DNA of 64,000 bases, from the NCBI GenBank assembly GCA_934096315.1, contig CAKOLT010000003.1, positions 3,863 through 67,862 of the forward strand. The letters run 5' to 3'. Origin of the DNA: an uncultured Bacilli bacterium (GTDB lineage Bacteria > Bacillota_I > Bacilli_A > RF39 > UBA660). The notes beneath the pieces are model-generated. The model was not told the origin of the DNA. It saw only the letters and a list, made by a program, of their open reading frames with translations, and did no database searches. The translations under genes and the position numbers were made by a program. Positions 21,103 to 29,464 of this stretch are shown piece after piece (position 1 is the stretch's first letter; each line of letters opens with the position of its first letter).

Positions 21103-21787
21103 TTGAAATTCTCTCCTTTACAACTTTAATTATTTCTTCAAAATCTTCTTTTTTTACTACGTAATCAAAATACTTATTGTATAAAATGTTTTTATCCCTT
21201 GGAAAGGCTATACTTATGGTGTCTTTTTTAAAATCATCAGGAATAAGTGTTAGATCTCCGAGGGAGTCCCCGATAATTATTAGTAATTCTGCATCTTTAA
21301 TCATTTCTTGATAACTTTTTATTTGACTTTTGTTATATACTGTTACATATTTTTCGTTTTTGTAAAGATAGTTTGATATAATTTTAACATTTGGTAGTAA
21401 CAGTTTTTCTTTTTCTAATTTTAATTTTATGAAGTTTCCTAATCCTGCAGAATTGATTATTAAGGGAATGTTATTTTCGTATAAATACTTTACAAAGGTG
21501 TTAAAATTATTTTTTATAGTGACATCATCTAACAGTTTACTAATGTCTGCATCTGTTATTTTGTAGTTTTCAACATATTTGAATTTTTTTGTCCACATGT
21601 CATCATAGATTTTTACTTTTTCGAGAATGTACATGTTGTTTATTTTATTCATTTTCTCTTTACTGTACATTAAATTTCTTTTTACTAAATAATCTTTTGG
21701 TAGTATTTTCTCTAGACACCCCATCGCAGTTTTATCATTATTTAGGGTTATGGTGTTGTCAAAATCAATAGCTATTATAATTTTCAT
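21086..21787 (-). CDS. HAD-superfamily phosphatase, cytosolic 5'-nucleotidase III (UMPH-1)-like
   Basis: HAD motif I DFDNT at residues 8-12, SAGLG, and motif IV GDSLGD. This pattern resembles the pyrimidine 5'-nucleotidase family. The assignment comes from motifs only. Confidence 0.5.
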   Translation of the reverse strand: MKIIIAIDFDNTITLNNDKTAMGCLEKILPKDYLVKRNLMYSKEKMNKINNMYILEKVKIYDDMWTKKFKYVENYKITDADISKLLDDVTIKNNFNTFVKYLYENNIPLIINSAGLGNFIKLKLEKEKLLLPNVKIISNYLYKNEKYVTVYNKSQIKSYQEMIKDAELLIIIGDSLGDLTLIPDDFKKDTISIAFPRDKNILYNKYFDYVVKKEDFEEIIKVVKERISNEKNN

Positions 21788-21812
21788 ATATCCTCCATAT
21801 CCTTACTAAACA

Positions 21813-21841
21813 ATTATAACACCAAGAGAATATGATGTAAA
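21813..21841 (-). promoter_or_regulatory. Extended -10 sigma-A type promoter for the HAD/ABC operon
   Basis: The minus strand reads TTTACA, 17 nt (ending in TGt), then TATAAT, about 25 nt upstream of GGAGGATAT and the ATG. Confidence 0.5.
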
Positions 21842-21891
21842 TAAATACTTTAAAATTTTACACATTAACTGTAAACTTTCCATAATATAAA

Positions 21892-21922
21892 GCAAAAATG
21901 ATGTTATTTTATTTAACACCAT
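21892..21922 (-). terminator. Intrinsic terminator after the hybrid kinase gene
   Basis: On the minus strand, ATGGTGTTA-AATAAAA-TAACATCAT is followed by TTTTTGC. The one non-Watson-Crick pair is G-U on the minus strand but A-C on the plus strand. Confidence 0.5.
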
Positions 21923-21924
21923 TT

Positions 21925-23703
21925 TTATAGATATTTATTTATTATTTTATTAATACTATCTTTAGTTAAGGGTTTAATTATATAGTCAGTAAATCCATAT
22001 TTTAAATAACTATCATCATATTCTTGCATATTGTTACTTGTTACCAATATTACTTTAGTATTAAATCCTTTTATTTCTTTTAATTTCTTCATAACAGTTT
22101 TTCCGTCCATGTAGTCCATTTCCCCATCAAGAAGAATTAAATCATATTTTTCGTTATTTCTAATTTTGTTTAGGCATTCCTTACCACTTTTGACCTCATC
22201 ATAATCCATTTCAATATTATTAAATATTTTATTTATTATTTTAAGTCCGGCCTCACTGTCATCAACTACTAGTATCTTTTTATTTATATACTTTTTTTGG
22301 TATGTTGCAACAATTGTTTTACTATCATTCTCTTCCATTTTTTGATCTATAATAGCAGTTACTTTTGTACCTTTTCCATAATCACTTGAAACGATTAATG
22401 TACCTCCGATTAGATTTATAATTCTCTTTGCATTACTTAATGTTTTATTATTGATATCATCTTCTTTTTTATTTAATGCTTCTTCTAATTTTACTGCTCG
22501 CATACCGGTGCCTGAGTCTTCAATTGTTATAATGAGTCTGCATATATTATTCTTGATGATTGTATCTACATTAAATTCTACGTATCCTTGTTTTGTGTGT
22601 TTATGACTATTATCTAAAATAGTTATTAAAGCATTTTTCATATTTAGGGGATCTCCGTATAAATATCTTGGTAAATTATTGTCAAAGTTTACTCTAAAAT
22701 CTATTCCCTTATCGTTGTATTTCTCTTTATACATTTTTACAAGTTCTTTTAATAATAATTTTATATCATATTTATCATTATATACTTTGATGCTCTTCTT
22801 TTCTAAATTACTAGTATCTAATATCTCATTAGTCATGGTAGTAAATTTTGATGTATATGTATATATTCCTCTGGCATACTGGTGAATATCTTCTAGATTG
22901 TTACTATCAACTATGTTACCTACATTTTTGTTAATATCATTTACAGTGTTTCTTATTTCCTGAGTCATATTGTACAAGAATATACTTTTTTCACTATTTG
23001 CATTATCTGCGACAATTTTGGCATCTCTTACTTCTTCAATTACTTTGATATCAGGGTTTTCGATGGTATGATACATAAGTACAGTTATGAATGTTTCAAC
23101 TGAGGTTGTAAGTAGTAAGAATGGGTGCATATTTTGAATAATTGTAGTTATAATTCCCATTGTTAGAAATACATATATTGGAATATATTTTTTATCCCTA
23201 ATGTTCTTGTAATTAACGATAAGAATTGCAAACATAACCAGTATACAAATACTAACTGCAACGTACAGAATATTTATTGATGTACCAAAGGAATACATAA
23301 CTATTCCATCTCTAGTACAGAACTTAGTTTCTGTAACTATAATCAATAACGCAAATACTAGGTATACACTAAATAATATATTTTTAAACTTATTGTAAAT
23401 TTTTTTTATAGAATATTTATCAGAAATATTTAGTATATAAAATAAAAATGTAAATGACCAACTAAGAAGACAAATTAAATAAAATTTATTAATGTATACA
23501 TAAAATTTATTTTCTGAAAAACTTGCAAACATACAAAGTAAAAGTTCAGCGATTACTTCAACTAAAGTTATGCATATAATAACAGAATAAATCTTATTGT
23601 CCCTATTTTTAACTTTCTTTTTTCCAAAAAATACTATAAATAGTAATAGAATATAACAAAAACTAGATATAGTAAAAAATATAGTACTATTAAAACTAAC
23701 CAT
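21925..23703 (-). CDS. Hybrid sensor histidine kinase-like protein (multi-TM sensor, DHp, HATPase, receiver) with a degenerate H-box
   Basis: About 6 N-terminal TM helices. The H-box-like sequence is KSIFLYNMTQEIRNT, where canonical kinases have SHEIRTP. N box ILDNSHKHT, G1 EDSGTGM, and a receiver with VVDD...DLILLDGEMDYMDG...VTSN...IIKPL. The start at 23703 has AGGAGGA 9 nt upstream; the track start at 23730 has no RBS. Confidence 0.8.
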   Translation of the reverse strand: MVSFNSTIFFTISSFCYILLLFIVFFGKKKVKNRDNKIYSVIICITLVEVIAELLLCMFASFSENKFYVYINKFYLICLLSWSFTFLFYILNISDKYSIKKIYNKFKNILFSVYLVFALLIIVTETKFCTRDGIVMYSFGTSINILYVAVSICILVMFAILIVNYKNIRDKKYIPIYVFLTMGIITTIIQNMHPFLLLTTSVETFITVLMYHTIENPDIKVIEEVRDAKIVADNANSEKSIFLYNMTQEIRNTVNDINKNVGNIVDSNNLEDIHQYARGIYTYTSKFTTMTNEILDTSNLEKKSIKVYNDKYDIKLLLKELVKMYKEKYNDKGIDFRVNFDNNLPRYLYGDPLNMKNALITILDNSHKHTKQGYVEFNVDTIIKNNICRLIITIEDSGTGMRAVKLEEALNKKEDDINNKTLSNAKRIINLIGGTLIVSSDYGKGTKVTAIIDQKMEENDSKTIVATYQKKYINKKILVVDDSEAGLKIINKIFNNIEMDYDEVKSGKECLNKIRNNEKYDLILLDGEMDYMDGKTVMKKLKEIKGFNTKVILVTSNNMQEYDDSYLKYGFTDYIIKPLTKDSINKIINKYL

Positions 23704-23846
23704 AAATTCATATCCTCCTACTAAATACATTTTATCAGATTTTTATTAAAAAGTCATTAGTTTAATTCTATTTTTTTTAAATAATTAAAATATTGGCATA
23801 TTAAGTATATCAATTTTTTAAGTTTGGAAGTTGCTTTGTTACAAAT

Positions 23847-23875
23847 TTAAAAAATGCTAATATTAATAATTAGCA
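23847..23875 (-). terminator. Intrinsic terminator after the ANL gene
   Basis: On the minus strand, TGCTAAT-TATTAAT-ATTAGCA spans the stop codon and is followed by TTTTTTAAATTT. Confidence 0.5.
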
Positions 23876-25620
23876 CTTTCTTCTTCTAGTTTCTTATAAT
23901 CTACTTTACCAACGCTTGTTAAAGGGAATTTTTCTTTATATATTATATTGCATGGTTGAGAATACTCTGGTAATTGTTTTTTACATTTTTTGATTATTTC
24001 GTTTTTTATTATTTCTTTTTCACTGGTATTGTTTTCATCTATTGTGATATATGCAATTGGTTCATTACCATAAACTTCACTTGTACATTTAACTACACAA
24101 ACTTCTTTTACACCTTTAACCGTGGATATTACTTTTTCTATTTCACTGGGATATATTTTAAATCCTCCCCTAATGATCATTCTTTTTATTCTACCTACAA
24201 GGTGTATGAAACCATCGTCATCTATGTACCCTAAGTCTCCAGAATGTATCCATTTAAGTCCATCGGGATGAATTTTAATAACTTTTTCTTCCTCTTCTTT
24301 ATTATTTAGGTATCCTAGCATCATTCCTGGACCGGTAATACATATTTCTCCAACTGCATTATTTATATACTCTATCTCTTCTGTTGTTTCTGGTTTAAAT
24401 ATTCCCACTATATTCTTGGCTAGTGGAATACCCAAAGAATTGGGGTTTTTAATATTACCAATACATAAAGTACATGCAGATGATATTTCTGTCATTCCAT
24501 AACCTTCCTCTAAACTAGCTATACTGCCTCTTTCTTTAAAGAAGTTATTTATCTCTTTCTTGGCTTTTAAAGTAAGGGTATCTCCCCCACTTCCAGCATG
24601 TTTAAGAAAAGATAAATCCATATTTTTTACTTTTTTGTTATTTATAAAATCTTGCCAATAAGTTGGAACTGCTAATACATGGTTAGGTTTTTTCTCTATC
24701 ATATATTTTGTAAATTCACTAGGAAGGAGTAATGGTACTATAATATTGGTTAAACCTTGACATAGAGGGTTATGAATAGCAGCTACTATCCCATATGCTA
24801 CAAATGGCACAATGTCATTAAAAAATGTTTCACCTTTATGATATTCTCCTTCAAATAGTTTATATTGAAAAGCTATGGCATTCATATTATCATTAGATAA
24901 TCTGACAGTTTTAGAAACTCCGGTAGTTCCTCCGGTATGGACATAAACTGCATCCATATTTTCTTTATAACTTGTAAATTTTACCTTTTCAATTACGGGA
25001 ATATTTAAAAATTTATTCCACTGAATATATTTGCTATCCTTCTTAATTTCATTAATAATACTGTATTCTGGTGTTTTTTTATATTTTGCTGTTGCTATTT
25101 TTTTCTTTAATTTAGGAATAGAATTATATGGGCTTACCGTAATTACTTTGTACACATCTGTTTGATTAACTGATTTATTTAATTCTATAATAAAGTTATC
25201 TTGTGTAATTACTACCTTACTATCTGTTTCCTTTAAATATTTTTTAATGGTTTTAGCATCACTTCTTACGTCTATTAAATTTAAAATAGCTCCAATATGG
25301 TTTAGTGCATAAAATGTTTTAATTAATTCTGGACTTGCTACTGATATTATTGTAACAACGTCATTTTTACGGATATTTATGTTATAAAATGCTTGAGCAA
25401 GGGAATTAATATCATGAATAAAGTCTTTAAATGTTTCTTTATAACCAAAGTACTCTAATGCGTAATTATTTAAATTATCCGCATTTTCTAAAACCATATA
25501 TTCGTATGCAGTCATCTTAGGACATTGCATATTTTTTGCATTACTACTGTAGTATTTAAGCCATGGTTTACATACCGTAGCATACTTTTTTTCCACATAT
25601 ATCACCTCAAAATATACCAT
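23863..25620 (-). CDS. AMP-dependent synthetase/ligase (ANL superfamily, acyl-CoA synthetase-like), intact motifs
   Basis: A3 YVHTGGTTGVSKTV, A5 EGYGMTE, A7 SGDLGY, A8 GRIKRMIIRGGFKIYPSEIE, A10 PLTSVGKVDYKKL. The probable start is the GTG at 25596, 6 nt after GAGGTG. Confidence 0.85.
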   Translation of the reverse strand: MVYFEVIYVEKKYATVCKPWLKYYSSNAKNMQCPKMTAYEYMVLENADNLNNYALEYFGYKETFKDFIHDINSLAQAFYNINIRKNDVVTIISVASPELIKTFYALNHIGAILNLIDVRSDAKTIKKYLKETDSKVVITQDNFIIELNKSVNQTDVYKVITVSPYNSIPKLKKKIATAKYKKTPEYSIINEIKKDSKYIQWNKFLNIPVIEKVKFTSYKENMDAVYVHTGGTTGVSKTVRLSNDNMNAIAFQYKLFEGEYHKGETFFNDIVPFVAYGIVAAIHNPLCQGLTNIIVPLLLPSEFTKYMIEKKPNHVLAVPTYWQDFINNKKVKNMDLSFLKHAGSGGDTLTLKAKKEINNFFKERGSIASLEEGYGMTEISSACTLCIGNIKNPNSLGIPLAKNIVGIFKPETTEEIEYINNAVGEICITGPGMMLGYLNNKEEEEKVIKIHPDGLKWIHSGDLGYIDDDGFIHLVGRIKRMIIRGGFKIYPSEIEKVISTVKGVKEVCVVKCTSEVYGNEPIAYITIDENNTSEKEIIKNEIIKKCKKQLPEYSQPCNIIYKEKFPLTSVGKVDYKKLEEESANY

Positions 25621-25621
25621 T

Positions 25622-25649
25622 ATTATACACTTTTTTTAAAATATTGCAA
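25622..25649 (-). promoter_or_regulatory. Sigma-A type promoter in the 44-bp gap between the two ANL genes
   Basis: The minus strand reads TTGCAA, 16 nt, TATAAT. Confidence 0.45.
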
Positions 25650-25664
25650 GTATTTGGGTGAAAA

Positions 25665-27188
25665 TTATTGTTTTTCTCTCCTAAGCACCTTCATATTTTT
25701 GTTTTTTGGAGGTGTGTTATCTCTGAATAATTTTTTTATAGGAAATATTATACCTTTATTATTTACTTTTACAATATAACCAGTTCTTAACCATGCTGTG
25801 TTGTTTTTATCATAGTATATAGTATTTTCGTCTTCTACTACATTGTTATATCCAAGCATTATTGTGGGACCACTTATTACTAGTTCTCCTTCTGCAATAT
25901 AGGGTAGCTCTTGTCTATTTATATCAAATGTTTCTCCCTCTTTTAATAATGGAAGAACTTTTATTGTGTTTTTGGATAGGGGTATTCCGACACTACTAAG
26001 AGTATTACATCTATAATCTTTGGTATAAGTCATACATGATGAGATTTCATTTTTTCCTAGACCTTTGGTTAGTTTTATGTTTGCTCTATGAAGTCTTAAA
26101 TATTCATTAATGTTTTTTTCTAGTTCTTTATCTATATCAGCACTTACTATTAGTCCCTTAATAAAAGATAAGTTATAGTCACTTGGAAATGGATCTTGTA
26201 TATATAGATTTTTTAATAAATCTGGAGGTATTATAATATATTCGGGACGGTATTTAGTTATTAATTTTGATATTTTTTTAGGGTTTATATTATTCTTTGG
26301 TTCCATTATTATTTCACTGCCTGCTCCAAACTGGCAGTGAAATGAAGCTACTAATCCTAAAGAAGTATATGGGGGTACTAGTTGTAAAAATTTATCTCCC
26401 CTCTTGGTGGTATTTACTGATTGTTTATAGAATAGGCTCATATAATTTATGTTTTCGTTACTTAATATTACCCCTTTAGGGTTTTCTGACATAGTATTAG
26501 AATAAATAATACAAACAGGGCTATTTTCTTCATATTTATATGTATCTATTAAATTATCTCTCTCTTTAATAAAGTCATCCCATTTTATAAATTTAGATAT
26601 TTTTAATTTTCCATAGTTTTTCATAACCATATTCATGGAGTTATATGGGCTTACTGATATAATATTTCTAAAGTCTATTTGTTTATTTAAGTTTGCTATT
26701 TTTTCTTGGAGTGTAGATTCTGCGATAATTACTATATCTTTTGATTCAGTATCTTTTATACATTTTTCTAAGACTTTGATATCAGATTTAGGATCTACGA
26801 TGTTTGCAATGGCTCCGAGTTTATTTAGTGCATAAAATGTATATACGAATTCTGGAGTAAATGGCATACATATAGTTACAACATTTCTTTTTCTGATGCC
26901 TTTTGTATAGAAAGCTGCTGCAGTTTTATCAATATTGCTAATTAGCTCCTGATAACTTTCTTTTTTACCAAAATAGTTAATGCAGGTACTTGAAGATGCG
27001 TGTTTATTTCTGTTAATTAAATAATTGTATAAACTTCCTTGGGATATGTCTTCTTTTAACTCATATTCTTCATAGAATTGTAAATATGGTTTATCAACAC
27101 TTAGTTTATTGGTTAAGGGACCTTGATATGATGTTAATAAATTTCTTAAATAAATATCCCTTTCCATTTGCGATTCTCTATCTAACAT
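25665..27188 (-). CDS. ANL-superfamily paralogue with degenerate adenylation motifs
   Basis: Colinear with the downstream ANL protein (DKPYLQFY vs KPWLKYY; FYALNKLGAIANIVDP vs FYALNHIGAILNLIDV). The motifs are eroded: A3 is IIYSNTMSENPKGV, A5 is KGLGKNE, A7 is RTGY. The protein ends shortly after A7/A8 with no A10 Lys region. Confidence 0.7.
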   Translation of the reverse strand: MLDRESQMERDIYLRNLLTSYQGPLTNKLSVDKPYLQFYEEYELKEDISQGSLYNYLINRNKHASSSTCINYFGKKESYQELISNIDKTAAAFYTKGIRKRNVVTICMPFTPEFVYTFYALNKLGAIANIVDPKSDIKVLEKCIKDTESKDIVIIAESTLQEKIANLNKQIDFRNIISVSPYNSMNMVMKNYGKLKISKFIKWDDFIKERDNLIDTYKYEENSPVCIIYSNTMSENPKGVILSNENINYMSLFYKQSVNTTKRGDKFLQLVPPYTSLGLVASFHCQFGAGSEIIMEPKNNINPKKISKLITKYRPEYIIIPPDLLKNLYIQDPFPSDYNLSFIKGLIVSADIDKELEKNINEYLRLHRANIKLTKGLGKNEISSCMTYTKDYRCNTLSSVGIPLSKNTIKVLPLLKEGETFDINRQELPYIAEGELVISGPTIMLGYNNVVEDENTIYYDKNNTAWLRTGYIVKVNNKGIIFPIKKLFRDNTPPKNKNMKVLRREKQ

Positions 27189-27290
27189 ACTATCACTTCC
27201 TTACATTATATTATATATGCTTTTTTCTTTAATGCAAGTTAATTTTACTCCATGTTTACATAAACTATCACTTTTAAAGAAAATGTCATA

Positions 27291-27322
27291 TAAAAAAATA
27301 TAAAGATTTATTCTCTTTATAT
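27291..27322 (-). terminator. Intrinsic terminator after yebC
   Basis: On the minus strand, ATATAAAGA-GAATAAA-TCTTTATAT overlaps the last codons and is followed by TTTTTTT. Confidence 0.5.
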
Positions 27323-28036
27323 TTCTAAATTATGATATATATTTTGGACGTCATCGATATCTTCTAGTTGTTCTATTAGTCCAAGAACTCTTTCTTTAGT
27401 TTCGTCATCTAATGTAATTAAGTTATTTGGAACCATGGTAACTTCTGTTACAACAAATTTATTGTATCCTTTACTCTCAAGTAATTCTTTAACTTTAATA
27501 AAATCTTCTGGTTTGGTATATATCTCAATTCCATCATCGTTTGTAATAAAATCAAGTATATCAAAGTCTAATATGTCTTCCATGATCTTATCAGGGTCAT
27601 ATTCGTTTTCTAAAACAATGACTCCTTTTCTTTCAAATAAATAACTAACGGAACCATCTGTTCCAAGATTACCTCCTCTTTTTGTTAAAGTGCTTCTAAC
27701 AAAACTTGCAGTTCTGTTTCTATTATCTGTTAAGCAATCAATAATAATTGCAATTCCTCCGGGTCCATATCCTTCATATCTTATGCTTTCGTAACTTTCT
27801 TCATTGTTTTTGCTATGGGCTTTATCTATAGCACTTTGAATATTACTTTTAGGCATGTTTTCACTTTTTGCCTTTTCAATAACCATTCTAAGGTTGGCAT
27901 TATTAGCGGGATCTTTATCTCCTGCTTTAGCTGCTACATATATTTCTTTAGCTAGTTTTTGGAATATTTTTCCTCTTTCGGCGTCTATTAATCCTTTTTT
28001 TCTCTTAATTGTAGACCATTTTGAATGTCCTGACAT
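27317..28036 (-). CDS. yebC: YebC/PmpR-family DNA-binding transcriptional regulator
   Basis: MSGHSKWSTIKRKKGLIDAERGKIFQKLAKEI...YEGYGPGGIAIIIDCLTDNRNRT is the family signature. Confidence 0.9.
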   Translation of the reverse strand: MSGHSKWSTIKRKKGLIDAERGKIFQKLAKEIYVAAKAGDKDPANNANLRMVIEKAKSENMPKSNIQSAIDKAHSKNNEESYESIRYEGYGPGGIAIIIDCLTDNRNRTASFVRSTLTKRGGNLGTDGSVSYLFERKGVIVLENEYDPDKIMEDILDFDILDFITNDDGIEIYTKPEDFIKVKELLESKGYNKFVVTEVTMVPNNLITLDDETKERVLGLIEQLEDIDDVQNIYHNLEI

Positions 28037-28045
28037 GTTTCCTCC

Positions 28046-29464
28046 TTATTTATCTAACTCTTCCCTTAATATTTTTGAAGTAATACTAGGGTTTACTTTT
28101 CCTTTTGTTTTTTTCATAATAAGACCAATTAAATAGTCAAATACTCTTTTTCCATTTTTATAATCTTCTACTAAGTTTGTGTTTTCTTTGAGTACTTCTA
28201 ATACTATGTTTCTAATTTCTTCTTCATTAGTTATTTGCATAATATTATCTTCTTTAATAATATCACTAGGTAACTTAGAAGTAGTTAAGCTTTTATTTAT
28301 AACATCTTTAGCTTGTTTTATGGATATACTTTTTTTGTCTACTAGTAATATTATATTCCTTAACTCTTCTGGGGTTATTTTAATTTTATCTATTTCTAGG
28401 CATAATTTATTTATATTTCCCATAAGAATATTTAGTAAATAATTACTTACTTCTACAGGGTTTACACAACCCTCTATACATTTATCAAAATAGTTGGATA
28501 TTTTAATATCTCTTACTATTGTATTTGCGTCTTTTTCAGATAAACCATATTCATTTACATATTTATAACTTCTGTCGAATGCTAAAACAGGGATTTCTTT
28601 TGAAGTATTTTCTATAAATTCTTTTGTTATTTCTATTCTTGGGATGTTAGATTCATTATAATACTTATAATCTACTGCCTCTTTTTTGTCTCTCATTGAA
28701 TAAGTTGCCATTGTTTTTTCATCAAATCTTCTTGTTTCCATAGAGATGGTACCACCATTATTTAGTATGTTTGTCTGTCTTTCTACTTCTGCTTCGATTG
28801 CAAGTTTAACGTTTGCAAATGATGATATGTTTTTCATTTCTACCTTAGTTCCAAATGTTATGCTTCCTTCTTTCATAAGGGATACATTAACATCACATCT
28901 AACTTGTCCAAGATCATTTCTAGCATCACTTACTTCACAGTACTGGATAATTCCTTTATATGTTTCTAGAAAACTTATAACTTCTTCTACTGAATTCATA
29001 CATGGTTCGGTTACTGTTTCTAGTAAAGGAACTCCACATCTGTTGTAATCTAGTAGTGAATATGTATCATAGTGATCTAAGCTTGCTGTATCTTCTTCTA
29101 AATGTACGTCATGAATAAGTATTTTTTTACTTCCTTTAGAAGTATTTATCATTACATATCCGTTTTCACCGATTGGGTGGTTATACTGAGTTATTTGATA
29201 TCCTTTAGGTAGATCGGGATAAAAATAATTTTTTCTATCAAATGCTAGATATTTTGGTATCTTACATTTTAAAGCAAGAGCTACTTTTAAAGCATTTTTT
29301 ACTCCGTTAATATTTACAGTAGGTAGAATTCCAGGGTATCCTAGATCTACTACTGATACATTAGAGTTAGGGTTTATGGAGTAACTATTTTCTGCTTGTG
29401 AAAAGTTTTTGCTTTTTGTTTTTAACTCTACGTGTACTTCGAGTCCAATTACTACCTTATACAT
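28046..29464 (-). CDS. gatB: Asp/Glu-tRNA(Asn/Gln) amidotransferase subunit B
   Basis: VIGLEVHVELKTKSKNF...DLGYPGILP...NRCGVPLLE...RCDVNVS; 472 aa. Confidence 0.95.
   Translation of the reverse strand: MYKVVIGLEVHVELKTKSKNFSQAENSYSINPNSNVSVVDLGYPGILPTVNINGVKNALKVALALKCKIPKYLAFDRKNYFYPDLPKGYQITQYNHPIGENGYVMINTSKGSKKILIHDVHLEEDTASLDHYDTYSLLDYNRCGVPLLETVTEPCMNSVEEVISFLETYKGIIQYCEVSDARNDLGQVRCDVNVSLMKEGSITFGTKVEMKNISSFANVKLAIEAEVERQTNILNNGGTISMETRRFDEKTMATYSMRDKKEAVDYKYYNESNIPRIEITKEFIENTSKEIPVLAFDRSYKYVNEYGLSEKDANTIVRDIKISNYFDKCIEGCVNPVEVSNYLLNILMGNINKLCLEIDKIKITPEELRNIILLVDKKSISIKQAKDVINKSLTTSKLPSDIIKEDNIMQITNEEEIRNIVLEVLKENTNLVEDYKNGKRVFDYLIGLIMKKTKGKVNPSITSKILREELDK

Noticed and set aside
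25525-25779. An 84-aa plus-strand ORF bridging the gap between the two ANL genes.
   Set aside because: It overlaps the 5' end of one ANL gene and the 3' end of the other on the opposite strand, has no RBS, and has hydrophobic low-complexity composition. The gap is better explained by the minus-strand promoter TTGCAA-16-TATAAT.
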